A stretch of DNA of 64,000 bases from Octopus vulgaris (GCA_951406725.2 OX597833.1:28892001-28956000), one strand, 5' to 3'. Positions 27,011-39,974 are shown, numbered from the stretch's first letter. Program-made: numbers and translations. Notes: generated by a model not told the origin, from the letters alone.

Positions 27011-27576
27011 TGTGTGTGTGTATGTATGTATGTATACGGAGTTTTCAATCCTCAGTCGAGTTCCAGATTATCTTTGCAATTTCGGCTGGTTATACTCGGG
27101 ATTGCTCCAATCTGACCAGCCCCAAGGAAAAACAAAGCTAAGAGCATTAGATTCCTTGGAAGAAAGCAGCGAATGTATACGAAACCAAGGACGGAAAAAA
27201 AACGGAGAATGTTACACAAATACAAATAACAGGACATAACAACAGGTGTCTTTCGACTAAGGACGAATTAAACTAAACTAGCGTGTGTGGAAGTAAAACC
27301 TTATGACAGAGATACAAGATTTCACAGGCACAGGGAGGAATGTAGGCGTTGCACGGACGGCGCCGAACCAAGAAAGAAAGGTCGGGCTTGGCTGAACACC
27401 GGTCACATGGGTAGAGAAGAGAGAGATGTAGAGGCATAGGGACAGAAGAAATGAGGGGCGAGAAAAAATGACAGTGACACAGTGAGGTGAAAAGAGGTGG
27501 GAAAGTGAGCATGGAAATGTGAGAGAGGGGGAACGAAAGAACGAAGAGTGGAATGAACGAAGTAAGCGTGAAAGGG

Positions 27577-27710
27577 CTGAGTTCAAATTGCGTCTTTCAT
27601 CCTTTTGGGGTCGATATAATAAGTACCAGAAAAGCACTGGTGTCGATGTAATCGACTTACTCCTCCTCCGAATTTGTGGATGTTCTTCCGAAATTCTAAA
27701 TTTCTGTATT
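27577..27710 (+). mobile_element. SINE family A fragment
   Basis: CTGAGTTCAAATT...TTTCATCCTTTTGGGGTCGAT...AAGTACCAG. Confidence 0.7.
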
Positions 27711-27830
27711 TGTGTGTGTGTGCGCGCACGCGTGCGTGTGAGCGCGGTCGCATGGCCTAATGTATGTGTATGTATATATGTATGCATATTTATATATATA
27801 TATATATATATGCATATATGCATATATGGA

Positions 27831-27884
<54 letters not shown>

Positions 27885-27925
27885 GGTCCCGGGTTGAGTC
27901 GGGGTTAACCACAGTAAATAAGGTA

Positions 27926-28250
27926 CTAAATAAGGTATTCTTGTGATTCGTTCAAATCAGCACAAGGAATTACCGAAAAATTTGAACGAACGTAGATCAT
28001 CACACTACCACCACGGTGGTTAATGCGGTCCTTGCAGAAAAGGTTATACCCAGTAATGTTGAAAACCCCATCACAGAGTAAGGAATGTGCCCATGTTTCC
28101 GTGACTGATGAAGTCAGGGTCAATACTTCTGACGTAGGAGTTGAACAGATGTATTTTGTTGCATAAACTGCGAGCATTTAAGGACAGCAATTTGTACCCT
28201 GCTTGCAGTTTATGATGGTGTGTAGAGGATGGCAGGTACCACCATGCATT
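27926..28250 (-). mobile_element. CR1/L2-group LINE APE endonuclease N-terminus (inverted)
   Basis: LLSLNARSLCNK...VTETW...GYNLFCKDR...RGGSVMIYV. Confidence 0.8.
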
Positions 28251-28261
28251 TTGGGAAAAAA

Positions 28262-29034
28262 AAAACCTGCGTCCACATACTCCCTCCACAACACTGATAT
28301 CAAGAAATCCTCTTGCGAGCGTGACCTAGGCATCACTGTCAGCAGTGATTTACGTTGACAAAGCATATCTCTAAAATTGTCAAGAAGGCCGAGTGTGTCT
28401 TGGCATCATTCGGCAAGACTTTTGTTAGCCGCTCTCCAGCCATCTATTTAAAGCTGTATACAGCTATGGTACGACCACACTTGGAATTCGCATCATCAGT
28501 TTGGAACCCCTATCTTGCTCAGAACATTGACCTCCTGGAATCTGTTCAGAGACGTGCAACCAAACGCATACCCTCCATCAGACACCTACCATACTCTGGG
28601 CATGGATTCACTGAAGCTCCGGCGTCTGGCGATAGACTTGGTAAACACCCACAAAGTTATCAACCACCTCACCAACAACAACACTGAACACCTTTTTGAT
28701 CTCCATGTGTCCAACACACGTGGACATGCCTACAAAGTCAGAAAGCAGCACAGCTCCCATGACTTTCGGAAACATTTTTTCACGCTCAGAGTTGCTGAAG
28801 CATGGAACAAACTGCCTGCGTCAGTTGTTGACTGCCATGACACTGCATCCTTTAAGGCCCTCATGCTTTCCGAAATCCGCCGAAACTACACTTTATTGTC
28901 CCCCTTCCATACTCATACACATATGTGTATGTCATGACTCATGCACTGTTCTTTTCCTGACGCTTGTACATTACCCTATGTACTATACATACACTTTAGA
29001 TGAGTTGTAGTGCACCTGAGCACTGTACACAATG

Positions 29035-29040
<6 letters not shown>
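28262..29040 (+). mobile_element. CR1/L2-group LINE 3' end
   Basis: ERDLGI...LYTAMVRPHLEFASSVWNP...LESVQRRATK...TRGH...FFTLRVAEAWNKLP; (TTA)n tail. Confidence 0.9.
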
Positions 29041-29070
<30 letters not shown>

Positions 29071-29552
29071 GTATAAGTGTGTGTATGCACACACGAGTAT
29101 CTATATATGTATATGCGTGCATGTTTATGTATGTATGTACATATATTTGTATATGTGTATGTGAGTGCGCGTACGTTATATATATGTGTGTGTGTGTGAG
29201 CGCGCGTTTGTGTGCGAGTGCGTGTATCTGTGTGTGCGTGCGCGCGCGCGCGCGTGTGTGTCCCCGTGTAATCTTAAAGGTCAGCTAAAGGTATACGCAT
29301 GTGTAACCAACCACGAAGAACAAATCAACACTACAAAGAAACCAAATGCCAATCCCTTTCAAACGGCAACCAGTTTAACAGTAGCAGAATCACCATCCCA
29401 CTACATCTACATTTTCAAAGTAATTTGCCAATGGTCCTTCAGCAACAACACACCTGATAAACTCAGTGATTACTACTAAATTCAGGCCACGACAGAGCGA
29501 GAGGATGTTCTTTAAGTCGAGGATTTTAAATTTAGGGAGACAATATTTACAT

Positions 29553-29658
29553 ATCGCCTGAGGAAACACAACTAGATCTCATAATGCAAGAAAGCGGTTA
29601 CATAATCAAGTACCTGCACGCCTGGAGAACTACGTTGCATTGAAACAATTGCAGTGAT
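29553..29658 (+). ncRNA. Type I hammerhead ribozyme motif, cleavage site mutated
   Basis: ATCGC-CTGAGGA-[long stem II]-GAAA-CAATTG-CA-GTGAT. Palindromic stem III; CA in place of TA/TC; AATAAA just downstream. Confidence 0.6.
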
Positions 29659-30121
29659 TAAAAAATAAATGTCCAACTGTATTCCTGCTTGTTGATTCCA
29701 ATTTTTTCAATTATATATATATATATAAAAATTGAGATAGGGGTTGCAAATTCAACCCTCCATGGGATAACATATATCCAATATGATATAGTGTATATTT
29801 ATATTTATATCTATTTATATTTATTTATTTATATCCTCTTATAATGATTGTACCTATTGTATTATATTACTCATTCATGTACGCTGTTTTGTTATATATT
29901 TTTATGTTTAACCTTAATGTTCTTATGTAGTGGTTCAATAAAGTATGTGATTGGGTATTATCTGGTAGTTGATTAATGATTTAGATGTATTTCCCCATTT
30001 TCTGATTATATATATATATATATATATATCAATAATAATAAATGATAAAATTAATTAATCAATTAATAATTAATAATTTTACACAGTAGTTCTGTATGCT
30101 AAAAAACATTATCGGTAAACA

Positions 30122-30352
30122 TATACAAAAATTCTTTAATTATGAGCATAATTATAATTAAGGTTCAACAAAATTTGCTTCACCACATACCGAAATTTAG
30201 AAATAGCAGTTAAAATACTATTCTGCTACCATAAGATATCTCCCAGACAGCAATAGTATTTTAACTGCTATTTCTAAATTTCGGTATGTAGTGAAATAAA
30301 TTTTGCTGAACCCTAATTATAATTATGCTCATAATTAAAGAATTTTTGTATA
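30122..30352. repeat. Long inverted repeat, ~101-bp arms, 29-nt loop
   Basis: 30122-30222 vs 30252-30352 complementary with a few mismatches; module lies between (TA)n and (CATA)n. Confidence 0.9.
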
Positions 30353-30374
30353 CCTACATACATACATACATACA

Positions 30375-30406
<32 letters not shown>

Positions 30407-30439
30407 CATATACATATATATACACACACACACACACAT

Positions 30440-30483
<44 letters not shown>

Positions 30484-30488
<5 letters not shown>

Positions 30489-31310
30489 TAAATGAAATAA
30501 AACATATGCATATATATAAACATACATGTACGTACCTCCCTCTACATGTACATATACACGCATATATGAGTACAGGACACCAAAGGGACGTCGAACACAA
30601 AGAGAAACGAAAACATAGACACAAACCAAAGGAACTGGACATTTTTTTAAAAACAACAAAAAATGGATTACAGGACAATTAACACAACGAAAAAAACCCT
30701 TCTTCAGTCGCTAAGGTTTCATCTACTCTACGTTTCGAAGGATAAAAGCGAGACGTATCTTCGACAAGAAACTTTCCTTCCTGCGAAAAGCAAATCAATT
30801 AAAATTCTGAGATCTTTTCGCAGAGGGGTAAAAAATGGTAAAAAAACAGGACAGTAACGACAGTACAAAAATATAAACAGTAAAAAAATAAACAGTAAAA
30901 AAATATAAACAGTAAAAAAATATAACAGTAAAAGACAGGACAGGGAAAAACAAGATAAGAAGGGCTGTTGACGCCGAACGAAAAAAGTATTGCAAACGCA
31001 GAATTTTTTGTGAACGACAGGAGAGCAGGAAGAATGTCGTCCAGTTACCTTGAAGGCCAGGCCAAAAAGACAGTCAGGGCGGAAGTATCGTCGCGGGTGG
31101 ACGACGGGAAGGGGGGAGGAGGAGCAAGAGGAAGGGAGAGAAGAAGGGGAATGGCTGCGAGGAGACCATGAAGAATGGTGAGGGGTAGAGAGAGAGTGAA
31201 GAATGAGGGAGAGAGGAAGAGACAAGTTAAGTGGGGGAAAAAGAAAATCAAAGAATAGGGATGGGACAGAAAGGTGAAGAGTGCGCGTGAGGGTTAATAT
31301 CAAGACAAAA
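30484..31310 (-). mobile_element. Dispersed (TA)n-anchored repeat, probable PLE terminal region
   Basis: Homologous to 45305-45630 and 54642-54878; all begin at a (TA)n tract. Confidence 0.6.
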
Positions 31311-31557
31311 ACTTGATATACAGAACAATCTTACTTAAGAGGGTGCGTGCGTTTAGTCATATAATATATTAATAAATGAAATAAAACATATATATATATA
31401 TATATAAATAGCTATATTAGGCTATGTGTGTACACACACACGCACAAGCATACACACACGTACACATATATCCATTAGCTCCTGATATATATCCATTACG
31501 TTCCTGCTCTGTACAAAACAAATCACAAATTTGCACACAAAGTACATCCTCATATAC

Positions 31558-31591
<34 letters not shown>

Positions 31592-31765
31592 ACGAAAAAA
31601 TAGATATTAAAAATTGAAGATAATTTGATCGTACGAGAGGCATAGCTCTCACAGTGATAATGATCATTAAATGTACGGCACTAATTCGTTTTGGCGAGCA
31701 TGTTTAAAAAAATTAATTTATATGCCTTAAAAACGGTTTTCTATGTAATCTATCTCAACTAGTAC

Positions 31766-31933
31766 CTAGTGAAATAGACTGGACTGAAGAGAAAGCAACT
31801 GTCATCACGCAGCACAACATAGTTCTTTCCATTTGGCAGGACCATGGAATATCTGGAATAATCGATCTGTGAAGTACAGCTGGTCGTTCGATCGACAACC
31901 TCCATATCATAAAAGTATTCGATCCGGGCTAAC
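31766..31933 (-). CDS. Candidate host coding exon (168 bp, phase 2-2), product unknown
   Basis: Acceptor TTAGCTTCAG|, donor AG|GTACTA; one open frame LARIEYFYDMEVVD...NYVVLRDDSCFLFSPVYFT; GC higher than flanks. Confidence 0.4.
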
Positions 31934-32946
31934 CTGAAGCTAAGTAACACTAACAATATATTTGTTATTGTATGCTTTTCCACTCCTAGACAACTATATC
32001 AGGCCTACTGTGTACAATAAATAAAGATTTTTTAATGGGAATTTCAAATTAATATTTCTGTTATTAAAATGTGTTTATGGACTCAATGTCTACAGCATTT
32101 ATATGTTTATCTCAGGGCAATCCTTCTTACAAATTGTATTCAATATTGTTTTAGTTACAACACCATGGAATGTTAATACACCGGTGACATTTTGCTGTTG
32201 CAGCTGATTGCATGTATTGTCTTTACAAATAAGTGACATAGCTGACATTTTCGACTGTATCCCAAGGATTTAAAGGCTTCACTAATTCTTTTGTTCAACA
32301 GGTATTCTCTACCTATCCTTTGCTGATTTCAAAAATATAATTTGCAACTCGTGACATCAAGAATCTACAAGAAGCTAAAGGCATAGCCTGCCAGTGTTGG
32401 CATCATTCTAAAGTTTAAGCTTTCAATACTCATACATAATTGTTGATGGTATGCAATGTTATTTCTCCGTATTTTTATTAAGGTAAAACCGTACAGCATT
32501 ATGAGGTTGCAGCAAATATCTTCCAGAAATAAATATTTTTTGAGAAGTTTACACCTGTTTTATAAAAGGTTTCCTTCGTTTCTGAGCCCTTGGTTCAACT
32601 ACTCATTTTTGTTGCTGCTTATTACATGCTGTCTGAGTGATACTGCATGATACTTAAATACTGTCCAGCTTGATCTCAGGTCTTTTACCTCTGTCTTTGC
32701 TTCTGAGATGTCTGTATACATCAATATATCTGTGGATAATTCCAGTTGATGTCAACTCTTACCGGTTTTAATATCAATAGAGCGAACTTCCTTTATGGTC
32801 CGGCCAAGTACCTCTATAGTGATAGTCAGTTCTCACGCACAAAAAATGAATCGAAGCAAATGGACATTTTAAATCGTGGGTGTAATGTCCATTCATCCGT
32901 CCGTCCGTCCGTCTGTCTGTCTGTCTGTCTATCTATTATATATATT

Positions 32947-32992
<46 letters not shown>

Positions 32993-33586
32993 TATCTCTT
33001 ATTATAAAAGGCAGATATTATCTGCCTCCCTTTGTATCTTATAGAAATCTACAATATAGGATTTCTTCAATTACAATTTACCTAGCATTTTGAAGAGTAG
33101 AATGCATCGGGTCGTGCCAGGTCCAGTTTTTAAAATTTCAACCCCAATTAAGCAGAATTTAGGGAAAACTCACATTGTGGTGTATAAGTCAAATGCATTT
33201 CTTAGTGTGGGTTACAGCACTCGCACACACACACACACACACACAAAGGGAGCGATCTGATTCACTCACGCTATCACTCTCATTTCTACAACTTTCTCTT
33301 TGCAAGTCTACCTTACAACACTACTCAAAAAAAAGCAGCAAACAGAAACAAATAAATACATAACGATTTACTCCTCACACAATTTCTTCAATTAGACTTT
33401 ACCTATGATTTTTCAAAGAACTTCCATTGGGTCATGCCATACAAAATTTCTTTCAATTTCACCCTCAATTAAGACAAAATTCGAGAAAACTCAATATTTT
33501 AACATTTCACTTTGAAGCCTTTACTCTGCCTATTACTCCCACTTCCTCTTTAGACACATAGACACGCTAATATATACGACTAAGCT

Positions 33587-33637
<51 letters not shown>

Positions 33638-33687
33638 GTGTGCATGTGTGTGTGTGTCTGTGTGTGTGTGTGTGCGTGTGCGTGAGG

Positions 33688-33718
<31 letters not shown>

Positions 33719-33943
33719 ACAGGGATGACCCATTCAGACTGGTCATCCTTTTTGCTAGAAGATCACCTATGCGACACCACTGGTTTTCAGTTCATATTAA
33801 TCAAATTAATATTCACAAGAAGAAGGATTATTCATTATAATACATCAGTTCCATCAGACAACTGCACAAACATTTGCCATTTTACACATGTATGTAAACA
33901 AATTCCTTTCTTTTAGAATTTCAATTCATTTTCTTTTTCAATT

Positions 33944-34633
33944 CATACAAAGTTATTTAGGACGAATATAACATCTAAAGTTATCTCTAAGAAGCAGAAA
34001 GATCGCCCAAAAGTGTATATAGATATTTAAATGTATTTATATATTCATCTATACACACATGTATGTATAATGTGTGTGTATATATTTCCATAGAGGTAAC
34101 CATTCACTCCATACAAAGTTATTTAGGACGAATATAAGATCTAAAGTTATCTCTAAGAAACAGAAAGATCGCCCAAAAGTGTATATAGATATTTAAATGT
34201 ATTTATATATTCATCTATACACACATGTATGTATAATGTGTGTGTATATATTTCCATAGAGGTAACCATTCACTCCGCACAAAGTTTTTTAGGACGAAAA
34301 TAACATCTAAAGTTATCTCTAAGAAGCAGAAAGATCGCCCGAAAGTGTATATAGATATTTAAATGTATTTATATATTCATCTATACACACATGTATGTAT
34401 AATGTGTGTATATATATTTCCATAGAGGTAACCATGCACTCCATACAAAGTTTTTTAGGACGAAAATAAGATCTAAAGTTACCTCTAAGAAGCAGAAAGA
34501 TCGTCCAAAAGTGTATATAGATATTTAAATGTATTTATATATTCATCTATACACACATGTATGTATAATGTGTGTATATATATTTCCATAGAGGTAACCA
34601 TTCACTCCATACAAAGTTTTTTAGGACGAAAAT
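33944..34633 (+). repeat. Satellite-like tandem repeat, 166-bp unit x~4.2, inside Helitron
   Basis: Unit starts at 33944, 34110, 34276, 34442 and 34608. Confidence 0.95.
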
Positions 34634-34860
34634 CTTTATATATAAAAGAAAGGTTGTGTGTCTGTCTATTCCAATTTAGATTCCTAACTACTCCCACATT
34701 TTGCGATGCAGTTTAACCAAAACCGAGTATCTTATAGTCGTGATTCATATCGAGTCCTTCTGGGTATTAGCGCGCGTCTACGATGAGTCTACGATTTTAC
34801 AAATAATTTACCATCATTTTTTCCCATTTTAATGCATTTTTTTAAAATTAAGGGAAGTAA

Positions 34861-35402
34861 CTCTCAAACTTCACACCAATATGCGTGCTCATATGCGACG
34901 TAATATCACATCAGCAGCATTTCCTCACACCCTCATTGCACTTGGCGAAGGCAAAATACCAGGGGATGAAAATGGTAATATTGCCATCGATTCCATTTGT
35001 ACCATTGTTAAGACGCCTTCTTATCTCAGAGATGCAGTGTTCCAAGATCTACAAGCTAATTATCAGAATATGGATTGGATTGGCAAAAAGGCTATACTGG
35101 CCCCAAGGAATAAAACTGTTCACCATATTAATGATGAAATGCTAAAACTCATTCCTGGGGAAGTCTATGTATATCAGTCTATCGATACAACTCCTGACCC
35201 AGAGGACGTCATCAACTATCCAATAGAGGTACTCAATTCCTTTGAGCACCCCGGACTACCACCACACATTCTCAAACTTAAAGTTGGTGCCCCTATAATG
35301 CTCATCAGAAATTTGGTTCCCCCAAAACAATGCAATGGCACACGTTTGATCGTTAAGTCCTTATCTCCCAGCGTAAACTTATATCAATATTTGCCTGAAT
35401 AA
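34861..35402 (+). pseudogene. Helitron PIF1-like helicase fragment
   Basis: LHTNMR...AILAPRN...[21 protein letters not shown]...CNGTRL. Confidence 0.9.
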
Positions 35403-35478
35403 TCATCATCATTCAGTGCAATCATTAACAGTACTTTCAAGTAATTCAGCCCCGAGCAACGCCGGGCAATTCTGCTAG

Positions 35479-36527
35479 TCTTATGATAAAAGGCAGATTT
35501 CATCTGCCTCCCAAACCGTTCGTTTTTTATATAATTCTACAATATAGAATTTATTCAATTGGAATTTACCTATCATTTTTACAAGTAGATTCCATCGGGT
35601 CGTGGCCTGTAAAGTTTTTTCAATTTGACCCCCAATTAAGCAAAAATTCGAGAAAACTCGATATTTTACGATTTGCCTCTCTCATTTCAAGTGCTTCACT
35701 CCTTCCATTACCACTACACTTTCTCCTCCTTTCTCTTTGCAAGTGTGCAACAATTAAAGTGAAAGTATTTATATAACAGGGATGAGCCATTAATACTGGT
35801 CATCCTTTTTGCAAGAGGAAGATCGGCTATGGTCTTATATGCTACACCACTGGTTTTCAGTTCATATTAATCAAATTAATATTCAATTTTTCACCCTTAT
35901 TATGTGTGTGTGTGTGTGTGTGTGTGTGTTAGCAATTCGTATAAAATTGCATCAATGACTTGAACTTGAATAAGTGGTTTCACATAAATGGGGATAAATT
36001 AAAAAGGTTTGTTGTTATTATTATTACTGTTTGACTATTGTAATCACGTTTGTTGGTTCCTCGTCAGGGAAACGTTGTTGTGTTGCATTTGTTAAATAAT
36101 TGTAAACCGTAACCCTCCCCCTTTCGGAGAAGGGGCTTTGGTTATTGTTTCAAAATTGAATTGTGTCCCTGTTTGGGGAAATTGACAATATTTTCACCGT
36201 CTTTACGGAAGCATTTTTGTTAAAATGCCTTCGATAGAAGAAAGTCCAAAAATGAATTTCGCTGCAGCCGTACACTTCTATACAAGAGGGAGGACAAGAT
36301 CCAATTGATCGAAATTGCAAGAGACGGGCCTACAATTCCAGTCTGTTATATATTTTGAGTATTGTTATCACTAGCGATATCAAGATATAACTTTGTATTT
36401 TGTATTTTATGTGTAGATGTATATATATATATAGATGTACATGTAATATGTACACATATATATATACACATATATACATGCATAATATATCTACCCATAC
36501 ACACACACGCACACACACACACACACA

Positions 36528-36569
<42 letters not shown>

Positions 36570-37922
36570 TAGGGGCAGGTGTGGCCGTGTGGTAACAAAC
36601 TACGTTCGAAGATACTGTACTTGATATGGGCGGTAGTGCCTTGCCGGTCTATGGCCTACCTTCAACAAACCGGGAAGGCACAAACACTCTGTCTTCACAT
36701 TTGCTGCGTGAGACATGTTTTAATGTTGACGAGCTTGCCGAGTACATAGCCGACAATGAGCCAAAGCTCCTTCCAGAACAGAAGTTCGCTTACAACTCCG
36801 TTGTTAATTCAGTCCGGGCCAAAGCTGTGGGGATTTTTTCCTGGACGCTCCTGGGGGCACTGGGAAAACTTTTCTCAACAAATTAATATTGGCTGAGATT
36901 AGGCGAACATAAGGCATTGCCCTAGCTGTGGCATCATCTGGAATTGCGGCTGCTTTGTTGCCAGGCGGCAGGACAGCTCACTCCACTTTCAAGCTTCCGC
37001 TTGACTTAGCGAAGACTGAGACACCAACTTGCAACATCAGTAACAGCTCCGATCAGGCAGAAGTCTTCAGACAATGCAAGCTTATCGTTTGGGATGAATG
37101 CACGATGGCCCACAGAGATGCTCTTGAGGCACTAGATAGATCTCTCAGAGACATCAAACACTCTTCAGCTCCCATGGGAGGCATAACACTTCTTCTTTCA
37201 GGGGACTTCCGACAAACACTTCCCGTTATTCCCAAAGGGAATACAGCTGATGCAGTAAGTGCGTGTCTTAAGTCATCCACATTGTGGCCACTGGTGAAGA
37301 CTCTCAAACTTCACACCAATATGCGTGCTCATATGCGACGTAATATCACATCAGCAGCATTTTCTCACACCCTCCTTGCACTTGGCGAAGGCAAAATACC
37401 AGGGGATGAAAATGGTAATATTGCCATCGATTCCATTTGTACCATTGTTAAAACGCCTTCTGATCTCAGAGATGCAGTGTTCCCAATCTACAAGCTAATT
37501 ATCAGAATATGGATTGGATTGGCCAAAAGGCTATTCTGGCCCCGAGGAATAAAACTGTTCACCATATTAATGATGAAATGCTAAAACTCATTCCTGGGGA
37601 TGTCTATGTATATCAGTCTATCGATACAACTCCTGACCCAGAGGACGTCATCAACTATCCAATAGAGGTACTCAATTCCTTTGAGCCCCCCACCCGGACT
37701 ACCACCACACATTCTCAAACTTAAAGTTGGTGCCCCTATAATGCTCATTAGAAATTTGGTTCCCCCAAAACAATGCAATGGCACACGTTTGATCGTTAAG
37801 TCCTTATCTCCCAGCGTAAACTTATATCAATATTTGCCTGAATAATCATCATAATTCGGTGCAATCATTAACAGCACTTTCAAGCAATTCAGCTCCGAGC
37901 ATCGCCGGGCAATTCTGCTAGT
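35479..37922 (+). mobile_element. Helitron unit 2, head-to-tail with unit 1
   Basis: Starts TCTTATGATAAAAGGCAG immediately after the CTAG of unit 1; ends hairpin + CTAG at ~37922. Confidence 0.85.
36626..37845 (+). pseudogene. Helitron PIF1-like helicase, frameshifted
   Basis: Walker A DAPGGTGKT (36844), ASSGIAA..LPGGRTAHSTFKLP, WDECTM, GDFRQTLPV, NMR, CNGTRL. Confidence 0.9.
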
Positions 37923-37929
37923 ATATTTA

Positions 37930-38060
37930 CATGCCACGACCCGATGGAATCTACTTGTAAAAATGATAGGTAAATTCCAATTAAAGAAATTCTATATTGT
38001 AGAATTGTATAAAAAACGAACGCTTTGGGAGGCAGAGACAATCTGCCTTTTATCATAAGA
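37930..38060 (-). mobile_element. Inverted copy of the Helitron 5' terminus
   Basis: Reverse complement of ~35479-35610. Confidence 0.85.
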
Positions 38061-38169
38061 TATATATATATATATTTATTTATAACAACCAGCATGTACG
38101 AAGAAAATCCCATCTGCCAGGATTTTTAAATCACATTTTTTTTTCTTTTATACACACACACACACACAC

Positions 38170-38230
<61 letters not shown>

Positions 38231-38259
38231 TATATATGTGCATATGTATGTGATGATGT

Positions 38260-39800
38260 ACCATATACTCGCACTTCTTTTCCCTGAAATTTTCACCTAA
38301 AGTTAGGTGTGCGACTTATAAGCGCATCCAATAAAAAATCTTCAGGTATTTTCTAGGTGCAAGCCACGTCTGAAGTCCCGACACTTGCAATAACCGAAAA
38401 AATCCGAATCGCTAATTCCGAAGCCAAGAAGTACACGGAAAACGATCTTTAGATATTTATTTATATACTTCTTTACTTCTGTTAGTATGAAATAAACAAT
38501 CAATTTTTAAAAAGCGAGTTTAATGCTTGTTTGCTTTGTACCGTACCTGTCTTTCTTTAATTCCACGCCATGTTAATGTTAACATGAAGAGAAAGAGGAA
38601 TTTGTATGATATCGCTTTCAAGCTGAAAGTTGTTGAATACGCGAAGTCGCATTCGAATCGAGCTGCAGAAAGAGAATTTGGGGTCTTAGAAAAAATGGTC
38701 AGGGATTGGCGTTTGAAAGAGGGAAAAATGAAATCCGTTGATATCAAACCGTAAAAAGAAAATTAGGATAGGAATGAGTCCTAATGAGGAGATGGAGACT
38801 ATTTTGAGAGGCTGGGTGACTGAACTAAGCACGAATGAACTTGCGGTCACGAGAAGCATCATTAGATTGCGGGCTCTCCAAGTGACTTAACATGGTATAT
38901 CCGACTTTAAAGCATTCTCTGGCTGGTGTACGAGGTTTATGAAACGCCACAATCTTACGCTGAGACAGAGGACTCATATTGCACAGAAATTACCCGCTGA
39001 CGTAAAGAGAAAAGTTGATTCCTTCCATCGGTATGTAATAGACCTACGAAAAAGGCACGAATTAGCCTTGGAAACAATCGGTAATATGGATGAGACAACC
39101 TTTTCTTTCGATATGGCTGAAACTCGAGCAGTCGACGATAAAGGCAAAAACACAATTTCGGTAAGAACTACGGGGAGCGACAAGGTCCACTTCACTGCAA
39201 TTTTGACTTGTATGACGGACGCTACGAAAATTACCTCGGCTGTTGTTTTCAAAAGAAAGACTTTCTCGAAAGAGAAGTTTCCGAAGTACATTGTGGTGTT
39301 TGTTCAGGAGAAAGGTAGGGTGGATAAAACCGTATTGATGAACTGGTTAAACGACTTGTGGTTCAAGCGCCCAGGAGCTATGCTTAATTCAAAGTCGCTT
39401 CTTGAATGGAATATAGTCAGGGCTCATCTGATCGACAGCATAAAAAATAGATTAAAGTAGTTTCGTACCAAGTAGATGTACATCTGTGCTTCAGCCACTC
39501 TACGCGTCGGTGAACAAGACTTTTAAGTGGAATGAATGGATGATTAATGGTGACAAGGAAATGACAAAGGCTGGGAACTTTAAACGCCCTGTTTGCCAGC
39601 GAACTTGTGATTAAATATTTTTGAAGTGCGGGATCTCAAGTTCCATGGATGGTACGGAAGATGACGAGCTATATAATGACTTCCAGTGTTTCATCAGTTA
39701 CTGAAGGCCAGACAAGTGAAGACGAGAATCAGGGTGTATATGACGAGACCATCACAACCGAGGAGTTTTACCAGTTATTTGGTGAAAATGATGATGAAAG
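38260..39800 (+). mobile_element. pogo-family (POGK-like) DNA transposon, degenerate
   Basis: Brinker-like YDIAFKLKVVEYAKSHSNRAAEREFG; FMKRHNLTLRQRT; IGNMDET; VVFKRK DDE region; left end TACCATATACTCG. Confidence 0.85.
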
Positions 39801-39974
39801 TGATGATTAGTATAACTTCGATTCTTCTTTCATTTATTCTTCCGATTTTTGTCCCAATGTTTCATACACTTCCTTACAATTTAAAACAGTTTATTGTATT
39901 TTTTTTTTCAATTATAGCACGTATGACTGCATGGTTTTGTGTGTCAGTTGCTGCAAATTTGTCCTAATGATCCT

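Larger units (their letters stand above)
32990..35478 (+). mobile_element. Composite non-autonomous Helitron, unit 1
   Basis: 5' TCTTATTATAAAAGGCAG; second 5'-like end TCTTTATATATAAAAG at ~34633; PIF1 fragment; 3' hairpin CCCGAGCAACGCCGGG followed by CTAG. Confidence 0.85.

Noticed and set aside
34881-37584. Host PIF1 helicase gene
   Set aside because: Intronless, frameshifted, and enclosed by Helitron TC and hairpin-CTAG termini.
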